Below, piece by piece: positions 36,476 through 45,792 of a stretch of DNA of 64,000 bases. How positions within the stretch are numbered: position 1 is the first letter of the stretch; every line of letters starts with the position of its first letter. The notes under the pieces are model-generated. The model ran no database searches and was not told the DNA's origin. It worked only from the letters and a program-made list of their open reading frames with translations. The stretch lies in sequence record MZ475893.1, one strand, 5' to 3'. The translations under genes and the position numbers were made by a program.

Positions 36476-36756
36476 TGCAGTTTACTTCAAAAGAAGAAAT
36501 AGACGAAACGTATGCAATGGTTGTTCATGCCATGCTGGCCGCCCTTGTGCCTGACGATACTCGCACAAAAGACCAACGCGTTCTCGACTACGTGGCGAAG
36601 CACTTAGCGCCCAATAACATTTTTGACAGGGATCTGTTTAGCATTACATTTGAACATCGGTTCAAGTTTCAAACAACACACAGGATGATGCGCAATGCTA
36701 AAGTAAGCGGCGCACCTTTTCTATATCTAAAGCAGGCTCATAGCCTAAAGAATTGA
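36475..36756 (+). CDS. hypothetical protein
   Basis: 93 aa, TAATG coupling. Confidence 0.7.
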   Translation: MQFTSKEEIDETYAMVVHAMLAALVPDDTRTKDQRVLDYVAKHLAPNNIFDRDLFSITFEHRFKFQTTHRMMRNAKVSGAPFLYLKQAHSLKN

Positions 36757-36766
36757 GGTTAGTATC

Positions 36767-37030
36767 ATGGCAGTAGGTTTCGCCAAAGATGATGACGTGT
36801 CCAACACCGTCGAAACAAACGTGCTGAATGAAATCGACCGCGCTCGTTCTGAGTTGCGTGGCGCTGGTAGTTCGCACTGTATCAACCCTGACTGTGGTGC
36901 AGAGATTCCACTCATGCGCCGCGTAGCAATGCCGAACGCTCGCTACTGCGTTAGCTGTCAAGCACACCATGACGGTACGCCTGCTGTTGGCTACAATCGT
37001 CGTGGTTCCAAAGATTCTCAACTGAGGTAG
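36767..37030 (+). CDS. ybiI: DksA/TraR C4-zinc-finger protein, YbiI-like
   Basis: MA.G.A.DD.V...I.RAR...C....CGA.IP..RR.A.P..R.C..CQ...YNRRGSKDSQLR, closely matching the E. coli YbiI pattern. Confidence 0.9.
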   Translation: MAVGFAKDDDVSNTVETNVLNEIDRARSELRGAGSSHCINPDCGAEIPLMRRVAMPNARYCVSCQAHHDGTPAVGYNRRGSKDSQLR

Positions 37031-37032
37031 TT

Positions 37033-37164
37033 ATGTGCGACAACAATGAAGTACCTTGTGTGAGATGCACTAAGCCCACACCTGTTGTTGATTTGGGTGG
37101 GCCGTACGGTGATTTGTGTGATGACTGTGTAACGCTGATGCGTGAAGAACAGGAGGAAGAATGA
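37033..37164 (+). CDS. 43-aa zinc-ribbon peptide
   Basis: GAGG RBS; CVRC...CDDC; ATGA coupling to the next gene; below the track cutoff. Confidence 0.65.
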   Translation: MCDNNEVPCVRCTKPTPVVDLGGPYGDLCDDCVTLMREEQEEE

Positions 37165-37343
37165 AACTGTCCGAATCTGAGTTAGAGTCTTTGCGCTTTC
37201 GTATGCGTCTGCGTGAGCAACCCAAGCCAATGCCTGACACGCACAAAATGCCAGACAAGAAGTTTGACAGTCATAAGCTGGATAAGTCCACTGATATGAC
37301 GCTCGGCGATGTTCGCCACCACTTCCCTCCAAAAGGAAATTGA
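37161..37343 (+). CDS. hypothetical protein
   Basis: 60 aa, AGGAGG RBS. Confidence 0.7.
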   Translation: MKLSESELESLRFRMRLREQPKPMPDTHKMPDKKFDSHKLDKSTDMTLGDVRHHFPPKGN

Positions 37344-37344
37344 A

Positions 37345-37677
37345 ATGGAAGAGATTCTTGATGTTGACAGCAAGATGTATGCTGTCTATGACGGTCACGT
37401 TGTTACCAACTATCATCATGAAGGCAGCGGCGTGATGTACATCGAAGACAGCTTCTGGCTCAGCTTGAATCTGCGCGATGATCTTTTCCCTGCGCCAGCA
37501 ACTCGTTTGGCGCATTACAAAAACGTACACACGCGTTCTATTGATCGCGTTCGTGTTAGCACCATTCAAGATATACGCGAATCCTTGTATAAGGTTCGTC
37601 ACTATATTCGTTGGTTCGAGTATATTTCCGAAGATAAGCTGCAAGGCTTGCAGCACCTGTTCCGCGAACCTGATTAA
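37345..37677 (+). CDS. hypothetical protein
   Basis: AAGGA RBS before ATG 37345. Confidence 0.7.
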   Translation: MEEILDVDSKMYAVYDGHVVTNYHHEGSGVMYIEDSFWLSLNLRDDLFPAPATRLAHYKNVHTRSIDRVRVSTIQDIRESLYKVRHYIRWFEYISEDKLQGLQHLFREPD

Positions 37678-37775
37678 AGGTAACGCTCATGTGTTCTGCT
37701 AGTCAATTTCCTCAAGGACGAGGTTAAGATGCGTATCTGTAAACGTATACAACAACCCAACTAAAGGTAGCGATC

Positions 37776-38141
37776 ATGATTTCTCGAATCAGTAATCTCC
37801 TCTTTGCCGAATCAATGTCCGTTGAGCAGTTAGCGCAGGCGTTGCGTATTCAAAACTTCAACGCGACTGTTCGTGGTGAGTTCAAGTTGGTTGCTGGTAC
37901 TAACTCCAGTGGCTACATTACTTCTGCACTGTCAGGCCCTGTCGAAGTGCTGCGCGACCTGAAAGGCGTTCAGACTTTGAAAGATGCAGGCTTCTCTGAC
38001 CCTGACATTGCACTCGCTCTCGGCATCGACCGTTTGCGCCTCAAGAAAGTTTATAACGAGGCACGCAAGAGCAACAAGAAGCCTGTTGAGCCGGCTCCAG
38101 TGCAGCGTACCTCTAAAGCAATTTCACTCGACGATCTGTAA
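37776..38141 (+). CDS. hypothetical protein, possible C-terminal HTH
   Basis: GFSDPDIALALGIDRLRLKKVY HTH-like; preceded by CTGTAAAC at 37737. Confidence 0.7.
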   Translation: MISRISNLLFAESMSVEQLAQALRIQNFNATVRGEFKLVAGTNSSGYITSALSGPVEVLRDLKGVQTLKDAGFSDPDIALALGIDRLRLKKVYNEARKSNKKPVEPAPVQRTSKAISLDDL

Positions 38142-38151
38142 GGAAACAATC

Positions 38152-38856
38152 ATGACAAGTAAATTTGAAAAGTCGGATGCATCTACTCGCCGCGCCGAAC
38201 TGCTGGTACTGATGTGTGAGATCTACACGTCACTGCGTGACCAGTCGTTGTCTGAGTCAGAGACAAAAGCCTTTGCGTTGTTCAAAGACATTATGGATTT
38301 GGCTGACGTGCGTACCGTCGATGCCGTGTTCTCTGAAATCGAACACGAACTGGACCCTAAAGTTGAAGGTCTGCTGAATTATGTCCACAGAACGTTTATG
38401 CTGCATGACACTCTGTGCAAAGCTGAGGCAGAAGCCGCAGCAAAGCTCAAAGCCGAGGAGGCGCGTGAGCATGTACGCAAACACACGTACAAACCGCCTG
38501 TGGAAAAGCTCATTAGTAAAGAGCAGATCACCGAACTGTGTGCAGGCTTGACTGCCTACGTTGAGCGCGAAGATGTTCGACCTAAAGTCAACGTCGATCT
38601 TATCGATGATATCCTCGAATCATTGGATAAGAACTACACGTTCATCGACACGCTCGATCTGTCCAATCACCTTGAAGGTGAAGATCTGAAAATTGCCGTC
38701 AAGCTGATTGAAGACGCAGTGACCGAGAGCCACCAACCACTGAAAGAAGTCATGGACACTATCTGGTGCCACATGGCTAAACGCGATTTACCTGCCGTTG
38801 ACTTCTTTGACCAATACGGCAATGCCGAAGATGAGAACTATGCACTTGCACCTTAA
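38152..38856 (+). CDS. hypothetical protein
   Basis: AAGGA RBS before ATG 38152. Confidence 0.8.
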   Translation: MTSKFEKSDASTRRAELLVLMCEIYTSLRDQSLSESETKAFALFKDIMDLADVRTVDAVFSEIEHELDPKVEGLLNYVHRTFMLHDTLCKAEAEAAAKLKAEEAREHVRKHTYKPPVEKLISKEQITELCAGLTAYVEREDVRPKVNVDLIDDILESLDKNYTFIDTLDLSNHLEGEDLKIAVKLIEDAVTESHQPLKEVMDTIWCHMAKRDLPAVDFFDQYGNAEDENYALAP

Positions 38857-39037
38857 ACGTTATTGGCGGGCACTCATTGTATTGCTCGTCGTTTTCATCA
38901 TTAGTTGTTTGCTGCCCATTCTTGAAGTGCGCAACCCAACACTGACTCTTATCGTAGTCGTGATTGTTGCCTGCTACTTCATTGCAGTCTGGGCATACAA
39001 ACCTGTTAAAGCAATTAAGGAAGAGTTGGATGACTAG
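38840..39037 (+). CDS. small two-TM membrane protein
   Basis: Hydrophobic hairpin; start uncertain. Confidence 0.65.
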   Translation: MHLHLKRYWRALIVLLVVFIISCLLPILEVRNPTLTLIVVVIVACYFIAVWAYKPVKAIKEELDD

Positions 39038-39587
39038 TCGTAAGAACGAGGTCAAGTTGACTGACGCTGAGATAGCCGCAGGCGCACGGCAGATACTTGA
39101 GATGCTGGTTAGTATGCGTCTCAGTGCGCATCATCAGGATGTCGGCTATGAAACGCTGTACACCGATTCTTTGGGTGAGACGCAGGGCGGTTGGTACGTA
39201 GCATTCGACAGCATGAGCCGTACTCGACTCAAAGAATCCAAAGCTGTGTCGTGGCGCAACGTCGGCATGGTCTCTGGTGATTCGCTCGAAGATGTTCTCA
39301 CAACGCTGCGAACGCTCCGCCGCGATATGTCCAATCGCGTACATGCGCCCACACCAGAAGAACGTGAGCGCGTACTCAACTTGCGTGATAGCAACATACG
39401 CAACGCACTGACTAAGTTCCACAAGGGTGAGTCGCTGTCTGATGGTGAACTCAACCTGAGCATTAAGCATTTTCAGTCGTTAGAGAATGCGCTTCGCGTA
39501 GATGAGTTGTTGCAACTTGCAGCACCCTACATTACTCAGAATCTCAACGTGCTCTTAGGATATAAAGAAGCACGCCGTCGCAAATAA
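39030..39587 (+). CDS. hypothetical protein
   Basis: Start at ATG 39030 overlapping the upstream gene. Confidence 0.75.
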   Translation: MTSRKNEVKLTDAEIAAGARQILEMLVSMRLSAHHQDVGYETLYTDSLGETQGGWYVAFDSMSRTRLKESKAVSWRNVGMVSGDSLEDVLTTLRTLRRDMSNRVHAPTPEERERVLNLRDSNIRNALTKFHKGESLSDGELNLSIKHFQSLENALRVDELLQLAAPYITQNLNVLLGYKEARRRK

Positions 39588-39592
39588 CAATC

Positions 39593-39623
39593 GGGAGATC
39601 CCTAACAAGGGGTTTCCCTTTTT
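39593..39623 (+). terminator. intrinsic terminator
   Basis: gggagatccc...ggggtttccc-ttttt. Confidence 0.75.
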
Positions 39624-39643
39624 GCATTTCTGGAGCAAATTTT

Positions 39644-40624
39644 ATGCGTTTTGGTTTCGCCTGCAAACTGCTTGATGACAACGGTAAACAACCGTACACG
39701 AACAAGAGCCTGAGCTATGCTCACTTCTCCAAGCTGTCTCAGACAGAGCAGCAAGAAAAGCTGGTGCTCGTCGTCACACACAATCTGACCTCGTTGCTTG
39801 AGATGATCAGACACGTTGGCCGTCTGCGCACCGACTTGCGCATGTTTCGAATCACAAGCGAATTACTTCCGCTATTCACGCACCCGATGGTAACGCGCAT
39901 GTATCTCCAAACACACATGACCAAACTGACAGACACGATGTTGGCAACATGTGGTGCAGCGGCTAGACGTCTTGGTGTTCGACTGTCATTCCACCCTGGT
40001 CAGTTTACCGTGCTTGCGTCTGACCGACCCGACGTTATGCTCAACTCGATTAACGAAATGGAGTATCACGCCTACTGTGCGCAGGCTATGGGCTACGGTC
40101 GTAAGTTCCAAGATTTCAAAATCAACATTCATTTGAGTGGTCGTCGTGGTGCCACAGGTTTCAGAGACGCCTACTCTCGTCTAAGCGATCATTGTCGCAA
40201 GATGATCACGGTAGAGAATGACGAGTACACTTCCTCGATCGAGGATTGTCTTGAGCTTGCCGACATTTGTCCTGTTGTTCTCGACATTCACCATCACTGG
40301 GTAATGACTAACGAATACATTCAGCCGACCGATGATCGTGTTCAACGTGTCATTGACTCGTGGCGCGGCGTTCGTCCTGTTGCGCATTACTCTGTGTCAC
40401 GCCCAGAGTTCATACCGTCTACGGGTCTGCCTGATCAGAACAAGCTAGAAGCAAAGTCTGCCTCGCTGCGTGCTCATTCTGACTACTACCACAACGACAG
40501 CGTAAACGAGTGGGCCCTCAGCTTCGAGCAATTCGACCTGATGTGCGAGTCTAAAGCGAAGAATCTAGCACGCACGAAACTAGCCCTTTTTAAGGGCAAC
40601 TCTGCACAAATATGGTCAAAATAA
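39644..40624 (+). CDS. uvsE: UV-damage endonuclease UvsE (UVDE)
   Basis: GFAC, N...L, MFRI.S.L.P, RLSFHPGQF.VL.S, INIH, TVEND, VLDIHH, HYS, AHSD, MCESKAK. Confidence 0.93.
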   Translation: MRFGFACKLLDDNGKQPYTNKSLSYAHFSKLSQTEQQEKLVLVVTHNLTSLLEMIRHVGRLRTDLRMFRITSELLPLFTHPMVTRMYLQTHMTKLTDTMLATCGAAARRLGVRLSFHPGQFTVLASDRPDVMLNSINEMEYHAYCAQAMGYGRKFQDFKINIHLSGRRGATGFRDAYSRLSDHCRKMITVENDEYTSSIEDCLELADICPVVLDIHHHWVMTNEYIQPTDDRVQRVIDSWRGVRPVAHYSVSRPEFIPSTGLPDQNKLEAKSASLRAHSDYYHNDSVNEWALSFEQFDLMCESKAKNLARTKLALFKGNSAQIWSK

Positions 40625-40657
40625 GGCTTGTTTTAGAAGGTGCCCCTATGATACACT
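40604..40657 (+). promoter_or_regulatory. early promoter (19-bp box + TGn-TACACT)
   Basis: GCACAAATATGGTCAAAAT-N29-TACACT. Confidence 0.75.
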
Positions 40658-40708
40658 GATTACGAGCACTGTATGCTCGTTTCTACTGATTCAAGAGGAT
40701 AAGACAAT

Positions 40709-41005
40709 ATGTTCATTACAACTCTAAACGCAAACACTGCGAAACCTGCACCGAAAGCAATCAACCACATGAACCTCGACCTTGCACCTTCTGGTCGCAT
40801 TTCTTGTGTCTGGCCTGGCGCACTCGATGTTCCTGCGAACATCAAACGTTTCTGCCGTGCTTGTGAAATCATTACCGACCTTGACCCATGTATGCGTCTT
40901 CGTTTCAAAGGTCGTCGCTCTGATGTTCTGGCGCTCATTACCAAGATCGCTCCTGACAACCCTGACCTCGCAGCGCGAATTGCGGGCACTATCACTGAGG
41001 CTTAA
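40709..41005 (+). CDS. hypothetical protein
   Basis: 98 aa, GAGGA RBS. Confidence 0.8.
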   Translation: MFITTLNANTAKPAPKAINHMNLDLAPSGRISCVWPGALDVPANIKRFCRACEIITDLDPCMRLRFKGRRSDVLALITKIAPDNPDLAARIAGTITEA

Positions 41006-41006
41006 A

Positions 41007-41270
41007 ATGAAAATCCCCTGTCTGAATGCTGTGTATGGTATTACGAACACCAATACTCCACTCGTGGATAAACGCGGCTTTCGTTGTGTTGAATCGAAAT
41101 ATGTTGACGGAACGGAGGTTAGATTACAGCGACAAGCCCATGACATTCATGAACGTGTGGTAGTGGCCTATGACCAGTATGGTCGTGCAGTGTATGGAAC
41201 ACTGACTCCGCCCGCATCGTTCGAAGTGCGTGACAGCAAGGAAAGCGACCAATATAACAAGGCGCCCTAG
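41007..41270 (+). CDS. hypothetical protein
   Basis: GAGG RBS before ATG 41007. Confidence 0.7.
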   Translation: MKIPCLNAVYGITNTNTPLVDKRGFRCVESKYVDGTEVRLQRQAHDIHERVVVAYDQYGRAVYGTLTPPASFEVRDSKESDQYNKAP

Positions 41271-41348
41271 CAAGCTCACAACGAAGCCATAGAATGAATA
41301 CTAAGAAGTCTAACAATTCATGCGCTGACCTACTCGTGGGGTGTCAAA

Positions 41349-41726
41349 ATGATCGTAGTATGTAACTCTTCAAAGGAATTTTCTGTTGAACGTTTGAAAC
41401 ACGGGGACGCATTTGTATTCGGCAAGACGCGAATGCTTCTGCGAGCGGACTATCTGATACTAACAGATAAGCACAATGCTTTTTACGTGGTTCGCAAATC
41501 TGATGTTGTTTGGGCTCCCGAATTAACTGGCGCTACGCACATGATTAAGATCAGGGCGTATGCCCAGATTAAGCCGTTCGAACTCCATGCAGCATGTCCA
41601 CAGTTCAATGGTCGTGTTTACGGAACAATCGCTTTCCGTAACCCACACTTTGAACATAGAATGAATACACTTCGTTATAGTGAGACAATCTTTGGAGGTC
41701 AACATGGCACGGTATCATGTGTTTAG
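41349..41726 (+). CDS. hypothetical protein
   Basis: 125 aa. Confidence 0.7.
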   Translation: MIVVCNSSKEFSVERLKHGDAFVFGKTRMLLRADYLILTDKHNAFYVVRKSDVVWAPELTGATHMIKIRAYAQIKPFELHAACPQFNGRVYGTIAFRNPHFEHRMNTLRYSETIFGGQHGTVSCV

Positions 41727-41952
41727 TGCAGAAAGCAAATACTACGGCGAAGCATACGAGGGAACGCACTTAAAAGCGATTGACCTCGGGTACCCAGTTA
41801 CCCACGCCGAGTTTAAAAATTTCGAGAGCGCTAAGGAATGCGCAGATAAGTTACATGAGGTTTGCGATATGGGCTGGATTGTATACAACGCTTTTTCAGA
41901 AGTATCTGTATACGACAGCCGCACTATTGAAGGTGAGTCTGTAAATAACTAA
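41704..41952 (+). CDS. hypothetical protein
   Basis: GGAGG RBS before ATG 41704. Confidence 0.75.
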   Translation: MARYHVFSAESKYYGEAYEGTHLKAIDLGYPVTHAEFKNFESAKECADKLHEVCDMGWIVYNAFSEVSVYDSRTIEGESVNN

Positions 41953-42023
41953 CAGACGACCTTGCATCTTCCGTGTGATGCTTACGGGCGTCACGCACAT
42001 TCACTGTGATAATGAGGTTCAAA

Positions 42024-42539
42024 ATGAAATACGCTTCAATCGTTCTTGCTACTCTGCTTGCCACTTCTTTCGCTGCGTCTGCCGCTAACTACAAAGCACC
42101 AGCGCCTGTTAAGGGTATGCAGTCTAGCGGTATGCACATCGATGATCAACTGGACGATAGCTGCCAGACCAAACTGTCTCAAGCCATCGACTTGCGCGAC
42201 TCTGTTGTTGACTTCACTGTTAGTCGCAATCAGATTGATACTGTGGCCGCTTGGCCGCTTGTGTGTTCCCCAACAGTCGAAGCAAAGACTGTTAGTGTTG
42301 AGCGTATGGGTTCTGACCTGACGATCACTTACGTTAACAACGACGACACCCTGCACCCGCTGACTCTGACATTGCAGCGTGTTGAATCTGAATCCGAAGA
42401 TGACGCACCCGCGTATCAGATTGTCCAAGTAGGCGACATGAACGCAATGGGTTATCAAGAACAGGCTGACGTTAAAGATTGGCTGCTGGACTGTTACGCT
42501 GCTACGTTGCAGACTGGCATTCCACTGAGCATGAACTAA
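42024..42539 (+). CDS. secreted/periplasmic protein with Sec signal peptide
   Basis: MKYASIVLATLLATSFAASA|AN (AxA cleavage site); preceded by CTGTAAATA at 41939. Confidence 0.8.
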   Translation: MKYASIVLATLLATSFAASAANYKAPAPVKGMQSSGMHIDDQLDDSCQTKLSQAIDLRDSVVDFTVSRNQIDTVAAWPLVCSPTVEAKTVSVERMGSDLTITYVNNDDTLHPLTLTLQRVESESEDDAPAYQIVQVGDMNAMGYQEQADVKDWLLDCYAATLQTGIPLSMN

Positions 42540-42817
42540 TGCAGCACCGTCGTAAAGTAAAGGCCGAGTCAAAGCAACGTTCAATACCCGAAGACTGGCC
42601 TGTATTCAAAGACATGTTGCTGACGTTGCGCATCGCTGTACTCACGGACGAGAAACCTCACGCTAAACTGCGTGCGCTTGCTCTCCAATGGTATACAGAT
42701 GGGAAGTATCGTAACCCTGTCTGTGATTCTGTTCTGCTTAGGTTGACCGCTGAGAAACGACCTAAGCAAACTCTTGATCAATTGATCACTCTCTATAACT
42801 TTCTTGAGGAAGAATAA
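42539..42817 (+). CDS. hypothetical protein
   Basis: TAATG coupling, 92 aa. Confidence 0.7.
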   Translation: MQHRRKVKAESKQRSIPEDWPVFKDMLLTLRIAVLTDEKPHAKLRALALQWYTDGKYRNPVCDSVLLRLTAEKRPKQTLDQLITLYNFLEEE

Positions 42818-42819
42818 AA

Positions 42820-44040
42820 ATGGCTATCATTTCCGCAGAAGAACAAGCGCGTCTGGATTCACTTGCTGCTATCGTAGCTAAGATGTGGGCACAAGGCGGC
42901 CCTGCTGTGCGTGATGCTCTGCGCTACGTTGCTAACCAAATGCTGAGCGACGAGCATTCATTCCCGTACGAAGAAGTGCCTGGTGTAACTCCTGACATTG
43001 AATCTGTCTACCACCATCTGAGCGATTTGCCACTGACGGGTATGACCCGCATCGTGCGCAATCCTGACTTGATCAGCTCGCTTGAAGATCTGATGAACAA
43101 AAATGAGCGTGAGATCTTCGGCTCTGCCGTGCGTAACAGCGCATACACTATGTTCAAACTTTTACCGCAGAATGAAACCTCGGTGTTCTGCCATCCAGGT
43201 AAAGGTGCTACCTCTCGCACCCAGCCTCGTCAAGTCGCTGAAAGACTGCATCGTGGTTTAAGCTACATGTTGTCCGTGCACGGTCTGGACGCGTATATCA
43301 AAAAGGCTGACAATCAAATTCGCTCTTACGGGCATACTCGCCTAGCCTCTCTGGTAATCGCAGTCGCAGTCAAAGGCGAACGCAGTGTTGCTACTCGCAT
43401 CGTACCTCTGTGGTGTATGGACAATCACACCACAGAGGTGGGCACGATTGAACTTGATCAGGATATCCCGAACGATAAGCCTTCAACCTCAGTTGAGGTA
43501 GAAACTGATATCCAAGTTTGGCCGAAGTTTGAAGCAAAACAACTTAGAGATATCCTGCTCAAGCATGGGAATTATATCGAGTCTAAGCTGCGCGGCATGG
43601 ACCGCGAAGAATTAGATGATACCTATGAAGCCTTCGTTGATGCATACCTTAACAATACTCACGACGAGGGTGATGAAGACGAAGATGATGAGTGGGACGA
43701 AGAAGAGGATGAAGACGAAGAAGATGCCTTCTGTACTGAAATCCCTTCGCGCCTAGCTCTACCTGTCGAACTGCCTATTGTTAATCTCGAACGTCCGAAG
43801 TTAGACATTCGCCCAGGCATGCGTTTGAAGACCAAAAAGCCTAGACAGTCTCATATTCAGAATATTCTGATTGATCCAGTTTGGCACGCAGTTGACCCAC
43901 AAGACGAGAACAATATTCATTATTTCAGTGTGTCTATTGTTGCCCGTGATACTGTCGGTCATAAGGCTATTTCAGCTTCGCCGCTTGAAGCACTGACTAT
44001 CTCCAACGTGCTGATGCAGATCGCTGAAACTAACACTTAA
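42820..44040 (+). CDS. hypothetical protein with acidic tract
   Basis: 406 aa, GAGG RBS. Confidence 0.85.
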   Translation: MAIISAEEQARLDSLAAIVAKMWAQGGPAVRDALRYVANQMLSDEHSFPYEEVPGVTPDIESVYHHLSDLPLTGMTRIVRNPDLISSLEDLMNKNEREIFGSAVRNSAYTMFKLLPQNETSVFCHPGKGATSRTQPRQVAERLHRGLSYMLSVHGLDAYIKKADNQIRSYGHTRLASLVIAVAVKGERSVATRIVPLWCMDNHTTEVGTIELDQDIPNDKPSTSVEVETDIQVWPKFEAKQLRDILLKHGNYIESKLRGMDREELDDTYEAFVDAYLNNTHDEGDEDEDDEWDEEEDEDEEDAFCTEIPSRLALPVELPIVNLERPKLDIRPGMRLKTKKPRQSHIQNILIDPVWHAVDPQDENNIHYFSVSIVARDTVGHKAISASPLEALTISNVLMQIAETNT

Positions 44041-44085
44041 CTGGACAAAACAGCGCTTCTTAACGAGGCGCTTTTCTGCTATAAT
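44033..44085 (+). promoter_or_regulatory. early promoter (19-bp box + TGn-TATAAT)
   Basis: ACACTTAACTGGACAAAAC-N28-TATAAT. Confidence 0.75.
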
Positions 44086-44151
44086 AGCAGCTAGAGCACA
44101 AGCTCTCACGTTTGCATTTACTATACGTTAAATACGGGAACCTCACATATT

Positions 44152-44454
44152 ATGGCACGTAACATTTCACGCAAGAAAGCGCTCGACCTGATGGCAAAAA
44201 CTTACAACGAAAAACATCCAGAGTATTTGCCGCGCCTCATGAAAGAGGACATGAATGCGAAAGACCTGTTCGAATTCCGTGAAGATGTTGTAGCTCAAAT
44301 TCAGGCAGGTTTGAATCCTGCGAAAGTTGTTGATGATATGATCGACAACGCAATACGCGTCACCACGATGCGCCGCCGTATGAGCAATGATTATAATCCG
44401 AAAATCTCCGACGTTCTTACCGATGAACTGCGTGAGGAACTTCGTAAACTCTAA
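44152..44454 (+). CDS. hypothetical protein
   Basis: 100 aa behind a promoter. Confidence 0.8.
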   Translation: MARNISRKKALDLMAKTYNEKHPEYLPRLMKEDMNAKDLFEFREDVVAQIQAGLNPAKVVDDMIDNAIRVTTMRRRMSNDYNPKISDVLTDELREELRKL

Positions 44455-44463
44455 GGAATAAAA

Positions 44464-45024
44464 ATGAAAAACTACGGTTACTTCTTTATCCTGAATCACA
44501 TCGCACTCGCCGTAGATAGCGCCAGCAAGGAAGCTGGCTTTAAAGATTTGGTTGAGCTGGACATGTTCAACCGCGCTTCTGTTTTAGTTGTAGCTGACGC
44601 CGAGCCAAGGGGACGTCAGATTGCAAACGATTTGACCGCTGCACTTTATCCACGAGCGGCTGATTGTGTGCCAACAGTTGAGCAACGCATGATGTTAGTG
44701 CAAGCTCTGCATGATGCCGAAATCGAAAAGATTCTTGGCAACATCCGCTTCTTCGTACCGCACGCTCACACGCGAGAAGATTTGATTTCGCGTTTCGGCT
44801 TTTACGTGGAGAACGATCAGCCTGCGCTGTTTATGCCGTACTACATGCGAAAGCATATTCTTAGTGACACCGCTGTGTTCTGCGAGGGGCGTCTGACTTC
44901 ATTCAGAGACGCTTGCTCTAACGGAACTGTTACTGAGAACATCCGCGACTACGGCCTATTGACTGCGCAAGCGTACGGAAAAGACAACGTGCCTGAAATG
45001 TATCAGGACCTGCCTTTGTTTTAA
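44464..45024 (+). CDS. hypothetical protein
   Basis: 186 aa, AAGGA RBS. Confidence 0.8.
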   Translation: MKNYGYFFILNHIALAVDSASKEAGFKDLVELDMFNRASVLVVADAEPRGRQIANDLTAALYPRAADCVPTVEQRMMLVQALHDAEIEKILGNIRFFVPHAHTREDLISRFGFYVENDQPALFMPYYMRKHILSDTAVFCEGRLTSFRDACSNGTVTENIRDYGLLTAQAYGKDNVPEMYQDLPLF

Positions 45025-45035
45025 GGAGACACCTA

Positions 45036-45503
45036 ATGGGTGTAGTTAACGGTATCAGTTCAACTAAGTTCCCGCGTCGAGGGCGGGACGAGGGTCTGAC
45101 AGTCATTCTTCGTCGTCGCTGGGGATTGTTCCCAGCTACTATCATTCGCCAAGATCACGGCGAACCCAATAACACGATCTACCGCATTGAAGCTAAGGCC
45201 TTGCCTAAACGTTTCTTCGACGGTAGTCATGAACTCTACGTTGCTGAGTATTATCAAACGAACTTTCCTAAAGACACTCCTATGTGTGCTGCTGGTGCAG
45301 TTGAAGGTCTGTTCGTTGAGATTGTATTCGACCATGATGTTCACAACAAATGCGAAGGCATCTGTGTGACTGATCGCGGTATGCAGAAAATCTTTTTGAT
45401 CACGACAGGTCAACATGAAGGTCGTTACGTCACTGAGGCCGAGTGTGATTACAAAGTCAAACCTAAACTTGTAAAGGATAATAGAGATGACAGTAACATC
45501 TGA
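45036..45503 (+). CDS. hypothetical protein
   Basis: 155 aa, AAGGAG RBS. Confidence 0.8.
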   Translation: MGVVNGISSTKFPRRGRDEGLTVILRRRWGLFPATIIRQDHGEPNNTIYRIEAKALPKRFFDGSHELYVAEYYQTNFPKDTPMCAAGAVEGLFVEIVFDHDVHNKCEGICVTDRGMQKIFLITTGQHEGRYVTEAECDYKVKPKLVKDNRDDSNI

Positions 45504-45792
45504 ACACTCAACAACATCTACCTGCAAGCGTGCGACTACCGGCCTGGGTCGTTTGACTAGCGGCGATCAGTTCTACCTGTCGCTGGCAATCACTGGCTCT
45601 AAGACAGGCGAAGATGCGGGCTTCATTGATTCCGTTCGTGATCTGCATAAGCACATTGCTGCGTTTGCAGCAAAGCATGAGGTTACGCAAGTGACCGCGT
45701 TTCTTGGACATAACGTTATGTCCGACGCCGAGTACACGTTAGAGTTCAACGTGTCTCAAGTATTCACACTCAAAAAAGAAAGGACGTATTAA
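45487..45792 (+). CDS. hypothetical protein
   Basis: 101 aa operonic ORF. Confidence 0.7.
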   Translation: MTVTSEHSTTSTCKRATTGLGRLTSGDQFYLSLAITGSKTGEDAGFIDSVRDLHKHIAAFAAKHEVTQVTAFLGHNVMSDAEYTLEFNVSQVFTLKKERTY

